Source: an uncultured Armatimonadia bacterium
GTDB taxonomy: Bacteria > Armatimonadota > Zipacnadia > Zipacnadales > UBA5352
DNA: 64,000 nucleotides
Assembly (NCBI GenBank): GCA_964484945.1
Contig: CAZAHB010000002.1
Coordinates: forward strand, 16-64,015
Direction of reading: 5' to 3'
Below the pieces are notes generated by a model. It was given only the letters and a program-made list of their open reading frames with translations, was not told where the DNA came from and did no database searches. This document shows positions 20,270-29,449 of the stretch, piece after piece; within the stretch, counting starts at the first letter, position 1; every line of letters begins with the position of its first letter. Both the position numbers and the translations under genes were made by a program.

Positions 20270-21532
20270 TCACTCCGTTCCGTACGCCCGCGCGATCGCG
20301 CCCTGTGGGTCGAACATCTCCTCGATCGGCCCAAGCTGTTTCTCAAGCTCACACGGCGGCTCGTAGCGCTCGAGGTCCTCGCCATTGCACAGGCCCCGCG
20401 CAAGCTCCACGAAGTACAGGAAGTTGCGCAGCGGAATGTCCGGCGGCACACCGTGGTCACAGTGCGGGATGTAGCGCCCATGCTCCCACGCGGTGCGGTA
20501 GCGCGTGGCCACCTCCACGCGCAGGTCCGCCCGGGATTTCGCAAGCTCGCGCTTGTCCACACCCCCGTGTATGAACAGGTCCGGCCAGCGCCGCCGCATC
20601 TCTTCGGGGTCATTGCCCGCCGCGATCTCGATCGGCTGAATGCCGTCGATCGTGTCCGGATACATCACGTCCAGGATCTGGTAGTTGAAGCCATCCGAGT
20701 CCATCACGACCGCCTCGACGCCGCGCTCCTTGAAGAACTCATACAGCTTCAGGTAGCGCGGATACAAAAACTCCTCCATCAGCGGCGGACTCATCATCGA
20801 CTGGCCCTTGAAAGCCATGTCCTCGTTCAGTATCAACTCATCGACTTTGATGTGCCGCAGCGGCTCGTCGAGAAGCTCCATCAGCATCCACGCCCAGTGC
20901 TCGAACATATCATGCACCAGGTCGGGCTTGTCGTAGAACATCACAGACAGGCCCTCCATCCCCGTGTAATCGCGGATACCCCAGTAGATCCCGGCGATGC
21001 TCAGGCGAACGGGGACGTCGGAGTTATTGCACGCTTCGATGTTGTCGCCCCAGTACGAGCCACCCGGCCGGTGGCGGCCGTAGCTGTCCGGGCCCATGCT
21101 GTCGGGGGCTTCGTGAGGCTCCAGCGGGCGCGTGCGTTCCGGCGAGTGCGGATCCAGCCGCTCCTTCACGCGCTTCCAGTCGTCCCAGTCCTTCACAGCG
21201 AAGTCGAGCCATCTGCGTGTCGCGAAGCCCTCGGTCGGCTGTTCGATGGCATCCTGGCGCGTGGCGCCCCATCCATCGACCCAGGTGCGCACATTGCCTT
21301 CCTCTTTGATCAGCTTCTCTTCGAACAGCGGATGTACGCCCGTGTAGAACTTCCCCACCCCGCGGAAGCCATCGCTCCCGGTCAGCTCACCCCACCTGCG
21401 GCGCTGCTCTTCGCTGAGCCCCTGCCTGCGCCATGCGGCGAATGTTGAGGCCCGCGGGCCCCCAAAGATGTACGGCAGTCGGTCTACCTCTTCCCCGTGG
21501 ATCACGCGGCGAAAGCGCTCTCGCTGCGTCAT
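20270..21532 (-). CDS. URO-D superfamily protein, long paralogue (segmental duplicate of 342..1607)
   Basis: A 420-aa protein colinear with the 342..1607 product along its whole length ([25 protein letters not shown]...[15 protein letters not shown]...). The 3' flanks are also similar at DNA level. Confidence 0.55.
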   Translation of the reverse strand: MTQRERFRRVIHGEEVDRLPYIFGGPRASTFAAWRRQGLSEEQRRRWGELTGSDGFRGVGKFYTGVHPLFEEKLIKEEGNVRTWVDGWGATRQDAIEQPTEGFATRRWLDFAVKDWDDWKRVKERLDPHSPERTRPLEPHEAPDSMGPDSYGRHRPGGSYWGDNIEACNNSDVPVRLSIAGIYWGIRDYTGMEGLSVMFYDKPDLVHDMFEHWAWMLMELLDEPLRHIKVDELILNEDMAFKGQSMMSPPLMEEFLYPRYLKLYEFFKERGVEAVVMDSDGFNYQILDVMYPDTIDGIQPIEIAAGNDPEEMRRRWPDLFIHGGVDKRELAKSRADLRVEVATRYRTAWEHGRYIPHCDHGVPPDIPLRNFLYFVELARGLCNGEDLERYEPPCELEKQLGPIEEMFDPQGAIARAYGTE

Positions 21533-21705
21533 ACCCTGTCTCTCCTCTTCATCTCGAATGCTCCACAGCCGCGCTCATTGCTCCAGTTGCAGCCCGGCTC
21601 CGCCATCACTGGCCCCCCCCATGCCCGTGCCGACGGCGCGCGTTCACTGCCCGACTTCTGCCATCATAATGTTATCCAGGCATATCACCGCCCGCGCGCG
21701 GTGCT

Positions 21706-24537
21706 CTACCACACGTACACATGCACATCTCGCGGCTCGAAGGTGTCCCGCATGGCGTCGCCCTCCAGCGCCACCTCGCGCTCCTCCCACAGCACATCCG
21801 CGGTGCCGTCCTCGGGGCCCCACTCCGGTGTCCAGCCCGCATCCACGGCTTCGTCGCCGCTGTTTACCGCGATCGTAACCACCCGGTCGGCCAGCCGCTT
21901 CTCCCACACATGCACCTCGACATCCTCCGCCGCCTCCAGCACCCGCGTGGCGATCTCGCCCTCGGCCGTGAGCACCGGCTCCAGCTCCTGGATGTCCGCC
22001 ACTGTCTCCTGCAGCGAGCCCCACGCCTCCGGGGCGTTCGCCACCGTGTAGAAGCGGTTGCTCCCGCCGTAGCCCCACCACCACCACGACAGCCCGCTGG
22101 AGTTGTGCGCGATGGCCATGAACGCATTCGCGCGCATCATGCGCCCTGTGGGCTCGAACTCCGCTGGATCGGGCGTGCCACCGGCCTGCGCCAGCCCCGA
22201 CTGCGAGCGGTCGTAGCAGTGCAGAATCGCCGCCAGCGGCGTGCCCTCGCGCAAAATCTCTCGCTGCCGCTCCATCCGCTGCGCCACAAATGCCGTGTCG
22301 CGGTACACCATCGCCCAGTGTACATCCAACGCGTCGCGATACTCGCCCAGCTTCCCGATCTGTGCGACTGTCACGATCACCGGGTGGAACGGGTCCAGTG
22401 CCTTTATCAGGCGATAGTAACGCTCCAGCCACTCCGGTGACACGTACTGATGCTCAAGGTCCGGCTCATCATACAGATACCACGCGAATAGCCCCGGGTG
22501 GCGCATCAGCGCAGCGATGCGCTCGGCCACAAAGCGCTCGTCATGCGCCTGCAGCCGCGCCCGGCTCAGCCCCATGAATGCCTGCAGCCCGTGCCGCTGC
22601 GCCTCGTCAAGATACGCCAGGGCGCTCTCAGTGTCGCCGCTGCCGTCCCAGCTGTAGGAGTGGCAGAAGTCATATCCCGCCTGCGCGATCTGAGGCATGT
22701 CGTCCTCGTTCACGCCGTACATCCCCAGCAGGAAGCGCTTCTCTCCGTCCACGCTCACCCCGCCGCGCTCCTCCCAGGTGATGCGATGCTCCGGGCGTCC
22801 TGCCGTGAAGAAGATCGTCGCCTCCGCGACATTGCCCGCCGCGTCCTCAACCTGCACCTCCGCCACGTGCAGCCCATCAGACCACGGCTCTTCAGGCCTG
22901 TACGTCGCGCTCTCCTCCCCCATCTCCACGCGCTCGGATACGTCCTCTTCGTCCACTGTCATCCGCACGGTCGCGACGCCCACGTTGTCCGAGTACTCGA
23001 TGCGCATCGGCGCTTTCGGCGTGGCCAGCCAGTCGTGCGTACGCGCGATCTCAGGCTCCGTGGTGTCCTCGTCCAGCCCCGCCGTCTGCTGGAAACTCCA
23101 CACCCCGGACGCCCCGTCGTATCCCGGCACGGTCACGCGCCAGTGCCACTGTCCGGGCTCGATCGGCTCCTCAATCCGCAGCGGTGACCGCACCTCTTCG
23201 ACGCTCACCGTCGCATCCTCCGCGAACTGCGCGTCCTGCGACAGTTCCACCGTGGCCTGGGCGTCCTGCGGGAAGTGCCAGGTCAGTTGCGGTGTATTAT
23301 CATGCACCCTCGCGCCGTCCATCGGGTCGAGCAACACGGGGAAGTGGCGGACCTCCTCCAGCCCCACATCGTCGAACCACGCCGTCCCGGTCCCGCGGAG
23401 CGCGAGGTAGATGATCGCGTAGCCCGCGCCCTCGGGAGCGGTCACGATGTCTGTCTGCGCGCGGTCCCAGTCGAAGGTCTCAAAATGCGAATCGCCGTAG
23501 CTGCCGGCAGCGAACCACGAGCCATCGGGCCGGGCGAACTCCACGATGATCGTCGCGCCCACCGACGACATCCCGCCCTGCTCCAGCGCCTCGATTCCCT
23601 CGCCCCTGATCCACGCCTCCGCGCGATAGCGATGACCCGGCGTCACCGGTACACTGCGCGTGATATACACGTGATGGCGCTCTTCGACCTCGCCCTCGAT
23701 ATCCAGCCGCGCGGATTGCTTACCACCGTGCGCGACTTCCGTGTCCACGCTCGCCAGCGGGCTGCCGCTCCAGCCATCAAAGGGCTCGTCTGCCTCGAAT
23801 CCGGCATTCTCCAGCGTTACGTCGCTGATCTCAGTCGGCACCTGCTGCACAAGTCGTCGCCGCGCGGGAATGTCCTCCGCGGCCGCGGGCTGCACCTCGA
23901 CCTCCACCCACCGCTCGACCTCGCGCGGCTCATCTGTCCGATGGCCGATGACGCTCACCAAAAACAGCCCCGAGCCGCGATCGCGGCGATCCTGCAACTG
24001 GAAGCGACTTGAGCGCACGATCACGGTCCGCTCCGCGGCCTGCAGGCGCAACTCCTGCACTCCGTCGATGGTCTCCAGCGGCTCACCGGTCGCGAGCGTA
24101 TGTATATTCCCGTCCGCCCAGAGCAGACACCGGCCGTCCTCCAGTACCGCCTCCGGCGCGATCTGCACCGAAAACTCCGTCGGGCCCTGCGCGTAGATAG
24201 TGCTCTCCAGCTCATAGCGCGCGACGTCGTTGCCAGGCGTCAGCCGCACCGTCGCATCCTGATTGTCCGCCTCGTTCCGCGTCCAGATCACGCTATCCTC
24301 ATCGACCTGACGCTCCCAGTCACCATCTGGAAAGCGCCCTCCCTGCCACCCGGGCGTGTACCCTCTCAGGCTGCCGCGCTGCAGGATCATCTCACCCTGC
24401 CAGCTGAGGCCCTTGAGATCGGCGTCTCCAGCCGTAGCCGTCCACGGTCCGACATCCACCGTCGCGTCACCGGCGCACACGCCTCCGGTGAAAAGCATCA
24501 GAACAACGAGCATGAGCCACTGCGAGCTTCGCATCAT
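21706..24537 (-). CDS. Secreted multidomain glycoside-hydrolase-like protein (N-terminal beta-sandwich/CBM-like modules plus C-terminal TIM-barrel GH-like domain)
   Basis: Signal peptide MMRSSQWLMLVVLMLFTGGVCAGD, with the start set at 24537. The C-terminal region (FLLGMYGVNEDD...FAWYLYDEPDLE...) resembles GH5/GH42-like TIM barrels. The family is not assignable by eye. Confidence 0.5.
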   Translation of the reverse strand: MMRSSQWLMLVVLMLFTGGVCAGDATVDVGPWTATAGDADLKGLSWQGEMILQRGSLRGYTPGWQGGRFPDGDWERQVDEDSVIWTRNEADNQDATVRLTPGNDVARYELESTIYAQGPTEFSVQIAPEAVLEDGRCLLWADGNIHTLATGEPLETIDGVQELRLQAAERTVIVRSSRFQLQDRRDRGSGLFLVSVIGHRTDEPREVERWVEVEVQPAAAEDIPARRRLVQQVPTEISDVTLENAGFEADEPFDGWSGSPLASVDTEVAHGGKQSARLDIEGEVEERHHVYITRSVPVTPGHRYRAEAWIRGEGIEALEQGGMSSVGATIIVEFARPDGSWFAAGSYGDSHFETFDWDRAQTDIVTAPEGAGYAIIYLALRGTGTAWFDDVGLEEVRHFPVLLDPMDGARVHDNTPQLTWHFPQDAQATVELSQDAQFAEDATVSVEEVRSPLRIEEPIEPGQWHWRVTVPGYDGASGVWSFQQTAGLDEDTTEPEIARTHDWLATPKAPMRIEYSDNVGVATVRMTVDEEDVSERVEMGEESATYRPEEPWSDGLHVAEVQVEDAAGNVAEATIFFTAGRPEHRITWEERGGVSVDGEKRFLLGMYGVNEDDMPQIAQAGYDFCHSYSWDGSGDTESALAYLDEAQRHGLQAFMGLSRARLQAHDERFVAERIAALMRHPGLFAWYLYDEPDLEHQYVSPEWLERYYRLIKALDPFHPVIVTVAQIGKLGEYRDALDVHWAMVYRDTAFVAQRMERQREILREGTPLAAILHCYDRSQSGLAQAGGTPDPAEFEPTGRMMRANAFMAIAHNSSGLSWWWWGYGGSNRFYTVANAPEAWGSLQETVADIQELEPVLTAEGEIATRVLEAAEDVEVHVWEKRLADRVVTIAVNSGDEAVDAGWTPEWGPEDGTADVLWEEREVALEGDAMRDTFEPRDVHVYVW

Positions 24538-24628
24538 TGGGCCCCCGCCTTTCTGCGTCGGGTCGCCCGCGCGCGTGCCAGCGAGCGAAGTCATCTCGTA
24601 GCAACTACCAACTGAGAGCGTTATACCT

Positions 24629-25081
24629 TCAATGCACCGGTCCTTCGCCGGCGCTTTCGTCCTCGAGGTCCTCCAACTCCTCATCCACGTCGATCTCCTC
24701 TGCTTCCTCCGCGTCCTTGCGCGGGATCGCGCGGTCGAGCGCCTCCTTTGCCTTCTCCACCATCGAGCAGGCGCGATCGAACGGGCCCGATACGGTGAGC
24801 AGGCGCTCTCCGTCATCATCAACTACCAAAAACACCGGTGTCATTGTCACTCCACCACCACCACCGCCACCGGATCCTGTCTCCCGCTCTCCGCTCTCGG
24901 TATCTGAAGGGGCGCTGCCTCCTCCACCTCCAGCGCCGAATCCCATGCGCGTCACGACCGCCGGAATTATGACCTTGCCACCCACTTCCACCGGCTCACC
25001 GATCACCTCCAGTGAGTCGCTCAGCGTGGCCAGGCCGCTCACGATATCCTTCATGAATCCGCCGACATCGAAGTCTCCCAT
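24629..25081 (-). CDS. GerW/YtfJ-family sporulation-associated protein
   Basis: IGEPVEVGGKVIIPAVVTRMGFGAGGGGG...GGGGGGGVTMTPVFLVVDDDGERLL reproduces the YtfJ/GerW pattern. That pattern is the IGEPIEV.G.TIIP block, then Gly-runs, then V.P.a.lVi..dG.v. Confidence 0.6.
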   Translation of the reverse strand: MGDFDVGGFMKDIVSGLATLSDSLEVIGEPVEVGGKVIIPAVVTRMGFGAGGGGGSAPSDTESGERETGSGGGGGGGVTMTPVFLVVDDDGERLLTVSGPFDRACSMVEKAKEALDRAIPRKDAEEAEEIDVDEELEDLEDESAGEGPVH

Positions 25082-25947
25082 CAGTCTTTGTCCTCCTCGC
25101 GCGATGACTGCTCTTCTTCCATCTTCTCTATCAGGCGCCGGTCCTCATCCGAGGCACCACTCGCCTGCTCACGCGCCTTCTGCTGGCGGATGAATTCGCG
25201 GATGCGTCCATCCACCATTACCTGCACACCGGCGAGCGCGGCCCGCAACAAACCAATTCGATACAATGCCCGCACCCGTCGCGACTCCTCCCCTGCAAAC
25301 AACGTCACGTCAACGGGCCCCACCTGTCGCCGCCCGAATACTTCCTGAATGACTGAATCGACGGCCGCTCGCTCCGCCGGACTCTCGACGATGACACGTA
25401 TCTCCTCTGCCGCCCATATTAGCTCACAACTCGCCCCCAGGCCGCTCCCGATCAGGCGACAGAATGCTTCCACTGTTTCCGAATCGATCCCCCGCCAGGT
25501 TGGCGCGAGTTCCTTTGGCTCCTCCCGTCTCTCTTCAACGTCTCCTCCGGTATCCTCCACCGGCGGGATCTCTTCAATTTCGGCCTTTTCCGTCTTCTTC
25601 GGTTCTTCCGTTTCCTCTCGCTCTTGCTCCCCGCGCGCGGCCTTCTTCCTGAGCGTCCGACGAATGGGGATCCCGAGGATTCGGATAACCGCTCGAGTCG
25701 TCGTATCACCTGTAACGAATGAAACCTTCCCCCACCAGCCAATGCGCACCACCCCCCTGGGGCCCTCGCTGTCGAAGACCATCCTCAACTCACCCGGCCA
25801 GGGAAGCACAAGCAGCAGTAACATGATGCCGCTGCACAAAAGCCCCCACGGCACTCCTCCAAAGACGTAGAATCCCAGCGCGAAAGCGCCTGCCAGAAGC
25901 GCCTCGATAATCAATACGCCCACACTGACCGCACACGCCATGCGCAT
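25081..25947 (-). CDS. DUF2953-like membrane protein (YtfI-like), upstream partner of YtfJ
   Basis: Two N-terminal TM helices and a charged Glu/Lys-rich linker. The position immediately upstream and co-directional with the YtfJ homologue matches the ytfI-ytfJ pair of Bacillus. The sequence-level assignment is tentative. Confidence 0.45.
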   Translation of the reverse strand: MRMACAVSVGVLIIEALLAGAFALGFYVFGGVPWGLLCSGIMLLLLVLPWPGELRMVFDSEGPRGVVRIGWWGKVSFVTGDTTTRAVIRILGIPIRRTLRKKAARGEQEREETEEPKKTEKAEIEEIPPVEDTGGDVEERREEPKELAPTWRGIDSETVEAFCRLIGSGLGASCELIWAAEEIRVIVESPAERAAVDSVIQEVFGRRQVGPVDVTLFAGEESRRVRALYRIGLLRAALAGVQVMVDGRIREFIRQQKAREQASGASDEDRRLIEKMEEEQSSREEDKD

Positions 25948-26069
25948 GATGAGTGAATGCCTCCCGCGACGGCTCGAGGACTGGCATCAATGTTCGACTC
26001 CGCGCGCCCATATCCCTACTTTTCCGGACAAATCGTGATACCAGAAGGATTTACGCAGCAACACAGCGA

Positions 26070-26140
26070 ATTCGGGGAATGATTCCGAACTTGGGAGGAT
26101 TCTCCGGAATCGTGCGGAATCATCTCCAGACACTCGCGCG
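26070..26140. repeat. Cluster of GGAATC/GATTCC palindromic motifs upstream of the excisionase-like gene
   Basis: gggaatgattccgaac...ggattctccggaatcgtgcggaatcatc carries three or four GGAAT(C) half-sites arranged as inverted repeats. Confidence 0.3.
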
Positions 26141-26254
26141 AAACAACGCATCGAAGGTCAGTCCACATCAATGCGTTGCGATGACAGCATACGAAATCTA
26201 ACGCACGGGCCGACATACACCGCGTCGGCCTTGCGATAATTCGGTTTTCAGGGA

Positions 26255-26464
26255 GTGTATACCATGGCCGTTGAAACTGATGTGATGACACTCGACGAGG
26301 CCGCCGCGTACCTGCGCGTGCATCCTCGCACACTGCGCATGAAGGCCAGCGAAGGGAAAATCCCCGGGGCGAAAATAGGACGCGTCTGGCGCTTCCACCG
26401 ACAGCAGCTTGAGACGTGGCTGCTGCAGGGCGGTGTGCGCTCAACCGCGGATGCCGCCGATTGA
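26255..26464 (+). CDS. Excisionase-family (MerR-like) helix-turn-helix DNA-binding protein
   Basis: MTLDEAAAYLRVHPRTLRMKASEGKIPGAKIGRVWRFHRQQLETWL matches the excisionase-type HTH_17 pattern (l.v.eaA.yLgvs..T...l...G.ip..kiGr.wrf....l..wl). Confidence 0.55.
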   Translation: MYTMAVETDVMTLDEAAAYLRVHPRTLRMKASEGKIPGAKIGRVWRFHRQQLETWLLQGGVRSTADAAD

Positions 26465-26632
26465 GCGGCGCCCTGCGAGGCAGTGGCAATGCGCCTTTGT
26501 ACGAAGATCAATTAATTCGACTGATCGACCGTCCGGTGGGGAACTGCACTGAGTTGTGACGGCTTCCTCCAGCAGGAGCGCTCAGAACTGGCGCCCGACG
26601 AGGATTGGCCCAGGAGGCAGGACACTTTCGGA

Positions 26633-27697
26633 ATGCCCGACTTTCAAGCTGATGCTGACAATGATATCGACCGAGAACCTCTCGTCCAGTACGAGGATCT
26701 CGAACAGGCCACCGGCTTCACTCAGGTAAGCAACGCCGTACTGCGCTGCTACCCGGAGTTGTCCGATGGCGAGAAGATGACGTACGCGGTCCTTAAGAGC
26801 TTCGCATACGTGGGGCCGGAAACATTTGTGGGCCAGGAGACTCTGGCGCGCGCTCGCGGGATCACTGTGTCCACCATCTCCCGTCATCTGACGCGCTTGA
26901 TTGAAGTGGGCCTGGTGAAAGTCCGCCGACGCGGACAGGGTAAAACGAACATCTGGATCATCACCCGCATCCCGCGTAAGAAGCTCGAGCAATATATCAA
27001 TGACTGGCGCCCGAAACTGAGCGCGAAGCCGCAATCTGAGAATCCGCAAACCCAGACTTCGCAGAATCCGCAAGTCAGCAATTTGCAGAATCCGCAAACC
27101 AAGAACCGGCAGGATCCGCAAGCAGAAGAACAAGAACGTCTAGAAGACGAAGATAAGCCTCAGGGGCGGAGCAGCCGCCCGCTGAACGGATCGTCTTCGA
27201 TGGGGGATAACCTCTCACCTGCGGCCCTCACTGCCGAGGATACCCCTCCGGACTCTGTACTGGAGGGCGTTGTGGAAAACTGGGATGGCATAAAAGGCAA
27301 GTTATCCACATCAGGGGAAACTGTGGAAAACCTCGCTGCGATCGCCGCTGAGTGTTTCGCAGTGCCCGAGGAAGAGCCGAACATCGCCGGCTATTTACGG
27401 CAATACGATAAAGAGATTGTGAAGTCGGCGCTTGCAACCGTCGTGCAACGTCTCAACCGCGGCCAATCCATTCGGAATCCCGTCGCTTACTTCTATACCG
27501 TTGTGCGGGTCGCGCAGGCCGAGAACGATGCCGCTCAGGCGGACGAGAAGCGCGACGAGAATGAAAAGCAGGTCATCGCCTGCAACTGGGCCCGCAGCCT
27601 CCTGCGCGAGTGGCCCGCAGATCAGGTGCGAGCCATTCTGATGGACACGTACCATTCGGACGAGTTCGTAGATACAGTGATGGATCAACTGGACTGA
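26633..27697 (+). CDS. Replication-initiator/replisome-organizer-like protein with N-terminal winged HTH and internal NPQ repeat linker
   Basis: LSDGEKMTYAVLKSFAYVGPETFVGQETLARARGITVSTISRHLTRLIEVGLVKVRRRGQGKTNIW is the phage/plasmid Rep-type HTH. The C-terminal NPVAYFYTVV resembles the DnaD-like C-terminus. The middle region is encoded by an about 24-nt tandem DNA repeat. Confidence 0.45.
   Translation: MPDFQADADNDIDREPLVQYEDLEQATGFTQVSNAVLRCYPELSDGEKMTYAVLKSFAYVGPETFVGQETLARARGITVSTISRHLTRLIEVGLVKVRRRGQGKTNIWIITRIPRKKLEQYINDWRPKLSAKPQSENPQTQTSQNPQVSNLQNPQTKNRQDPQAEEQERLEDEDKPQGRSSRPLNGSSSMGDNLSPAALTAEDTPPDSVLEGVVENWDGIKGKLSTSGETVENLAAIAAECFAVPEEEPNIAGYLRQYDKEIVKSALATVVQRLNRGQSIRNPVAYFYTVVRVAQAENDAAQADEKRDENEKQVIACNWARSLLREWPADQVRAILMDTYHSDEFVDTVMDQLD
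27040..27125 (+). repeat. About 4 tandem copies of GCAGAATCCGCAA (period 22-26 nt) inside the Rep-like gene
   Basis: gagaatccgcaaacccagacttcgcagaatccgcaagtcagcaatttgcagaatccgcaaaccaagaaccggcaggatccgcaagcag. It encodes ENPQTQTSQNPQVSNLQNPQTKNRQDPQ. Confidence 0.7.
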
Positions 27698-27722
27698 GAC
27701 ACGTGGAGGAGCTGTTCAGGGG

Positions 27723-28136
27723 ATGACTATCGGAAAACGTTTGCGCAGGGCACGTCGTGAGACGGGCCTCACAGACGATCAGCTTGCCGAGGAACTGGGG
27801 GTGGAAGTCAGCACACTGCGCGCCTGGGAGCTTGAAGTCGAAACACCATCCGACGAGCAGCTTCAGCGCCTCGCTGAACTGGTCAACATGGATGGCGAGA
27901 CTCTCTCCCACCTTGCTGCCAGCCCCGCCCCCCAGGGCATCTGCAGTGCCGTGGATCTCGTCCCCGATCGCTCACAGGCGGAGGCTCTTGAACAGGTTGG
28001 CCTCCCTCCCGAGCTGTGGGACGATCCGGATCGCTGGGTCGCGTTTCTGCGCCTCGCAGCCGCGGCGGCCGATCTCTCCCCGGATGAGATCTCGCGCCTT
28101 GCCCGCGAGGCCGAGACGTGTGTCGTGGGGGACTAA
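27723..28136 (+). CDS. XRE-family helix-turn-helix transcriptional regulator
   Basis: MTIGKRLRRARRETGLTDDQLAEELGVEVSTLRAWE is a Cro/C1 HTH. Confidence 0.55.
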   Translation: MTIGKRLRRARRETGLTDDQLAEELGVEVSTLRAWELEVETPSDEQLQRLAELVNMDGETLSHLAASPAPQGICSAVDLVPDRSQAEALEQVGLPPELWDDPDRWVAFLRLAAAAADLSPDEISRLAREAETCVVGD

Positions 28137-28143
28137 TGTAGAA

Positions 28144-28232
28144 CTATACAGCCTCAAACCTATACAGCTAGAAGGGCCACAGCCCGTGAAGGTAAAGGTT
28201 TAGCCGCGAAACTTATACAGGGCTATACACAG
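28144..28232 (+). repeat. Four direct repeats of (A)AC(C/T)TATACAG (iteron-like), with a fifth copy at 28877
   Basis: ctatacag at 28144 and 28160, cttatacag at 28212, ctatacacag at 28223, and aagctatacag at 28877. The first four are just downstream of the XRE and Rep-like genes. The fifth lies on the far side of the rhodanese gene. Confidence 0.6.
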
Positions 28233-28393
28233 GTAATGGTCTGCTCAAGACCCGGGAGTAACAACACAGGCCGCATTGAAACAGTGGTGATTCAGAACCA
28301 ATGATTGTTTCAGACACGAAACCGCGAACAACCCGTCCGAAGAACGTCTGTCCAAACCCGCCGCTGCGACATGCTCGACTGATCCTCAGAACC

Positions 28394-28795
28394 ATGGCCG
28401 TAGCGTGTCTCGCCTTTGCTGTTGCGATCCTGTCTGGTTGTGAGGGGTCAAGCTCATCGCTGGTCTCCCCCACCGTGCAGGACATCTCAGGCAGCGAACT
28501 GGAGACACTTCTTGACGGGCCGAACGCACCGGTGGTCGTGGATGTGCGAAGCAGCACCGACTTCGAAAGCGGTCACATTCCGGGGTCGGTGAACATTCCT
28601 CTCAGTGAATTGCCCGAACGACTCCATGAGGTCAATGACGAGAGGGCGATTGTCTGTGTGTGTGCGGGTGGCTTCAGAAGCGCCCAGGCGGCACAGATCC
28701 TCGCGGCCGCGGGGGTTGAAACGGTCTACAACCTCGAGGACGGTCTCCGGTCGTATGAGGGACCATGGGAACCGGACTGCCCCAGTTGCGGGTAG
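28394..28795 (+). CDS. Rhodanese-domain lipoprotein (sulfurtransferase-like)
   Basis: Lipobox MAVACLAFAVAILSGC. The rhodanese fold motifs are VVVDVRSSTDFESGHIPGSVNIP and the active-site loop CVCAGGFRS. Confidence 0.7.
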   Translation: MAVACLAFAVAILSGCEGSSSSLVSPTVQDISGSELETLLDGPNAPVVVDVRSSTDFESGHIPGSVNIPLSELPERLHEVNDERAIVCVCAGGFRSAQAAQILAAAGVETVYNLEDGLRSYEGPWEPDCPSCG

Positions 28796-28888
28796 AAGTA
28801 TGCAAGCGAAGGCTACACAAACCTGCACAGTAAGTGGCTGGGTAAGCCGCAGATCGTGGAGGTGTGCCGCGTAAAGCTATACAGAAAG

Positions 28889-29356
28889 TCAGCCCAGCCG
28901 GCGCAGGATTTCGACCACCTCGCCATAAAAAACGCCGTGCGAGCGCAGTGCTTTCACGTCGGCGCTACTCGTAGGCGAGATTAGACCAAGGAGAAGGTGC
29001 CCAGTCGAGAGAGTCGGTTTGTTGGCCTCACCGCGTGCCGCCGCCACGGTCGTTCTGCGTGCCTCCACCTGGGCGATCTGGAGGGACCGGCGGGCCGGGT
29101 CACTGAGGCGCAGTTCATCTGGTTGATCACAGTCACCGGGGCCGGCGGGGGATGTTGTACGAAGGGTCTCAGCAAGATCGAGCACATCGATGCCCATGCT
29201 CTCGAGGACCGTAGCGGCAAGCGACGTATTGTCCGCGAGAATGCCGAGGGCTATGTGGTGCGGGGTAATCTGATGAGAACCGTCCTGCCGCGCGGTGTCT
29301 TCAGCGGCGAGAAGAGCCCGGCGGGCCTCATCGGACAGACCGATCGAAAGTTCCAC
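28889..29356 (-). CDS. Clp N-terminal (Clp_N) repeat-domain protein
   Basis: Two Clp_N-like repeats (QITPHHIALGILADNTSLAATVLESMGIDV and TLSTGHLLLGLISP...DVKALRSHGV) in a 155-aa protein. Confidence 0.55.
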   Translation of the reverse strand: MELSIGLSDEARRALLAAEDTARQDGSHQITPHHIALGILADNTSLAATVLESMGIDVLDLAETLRTTSPAGPGDCDQPDELRLSDPARRSLQIAQVEARRTTVAAARGEANKPTLSTGHLLLGLISPTSSADVKALRSHGVFYGEVVEILRRLG

Positions 29357-29449
29357 AGCATCTGATCCCCTGCAAGGTCATTCGATAGCAGGCGCGGCGT
29401 CCGGGCAGATCCTTCGCCCGGTGGCAGTGGTATTCGCCGCCTGCCCCAA

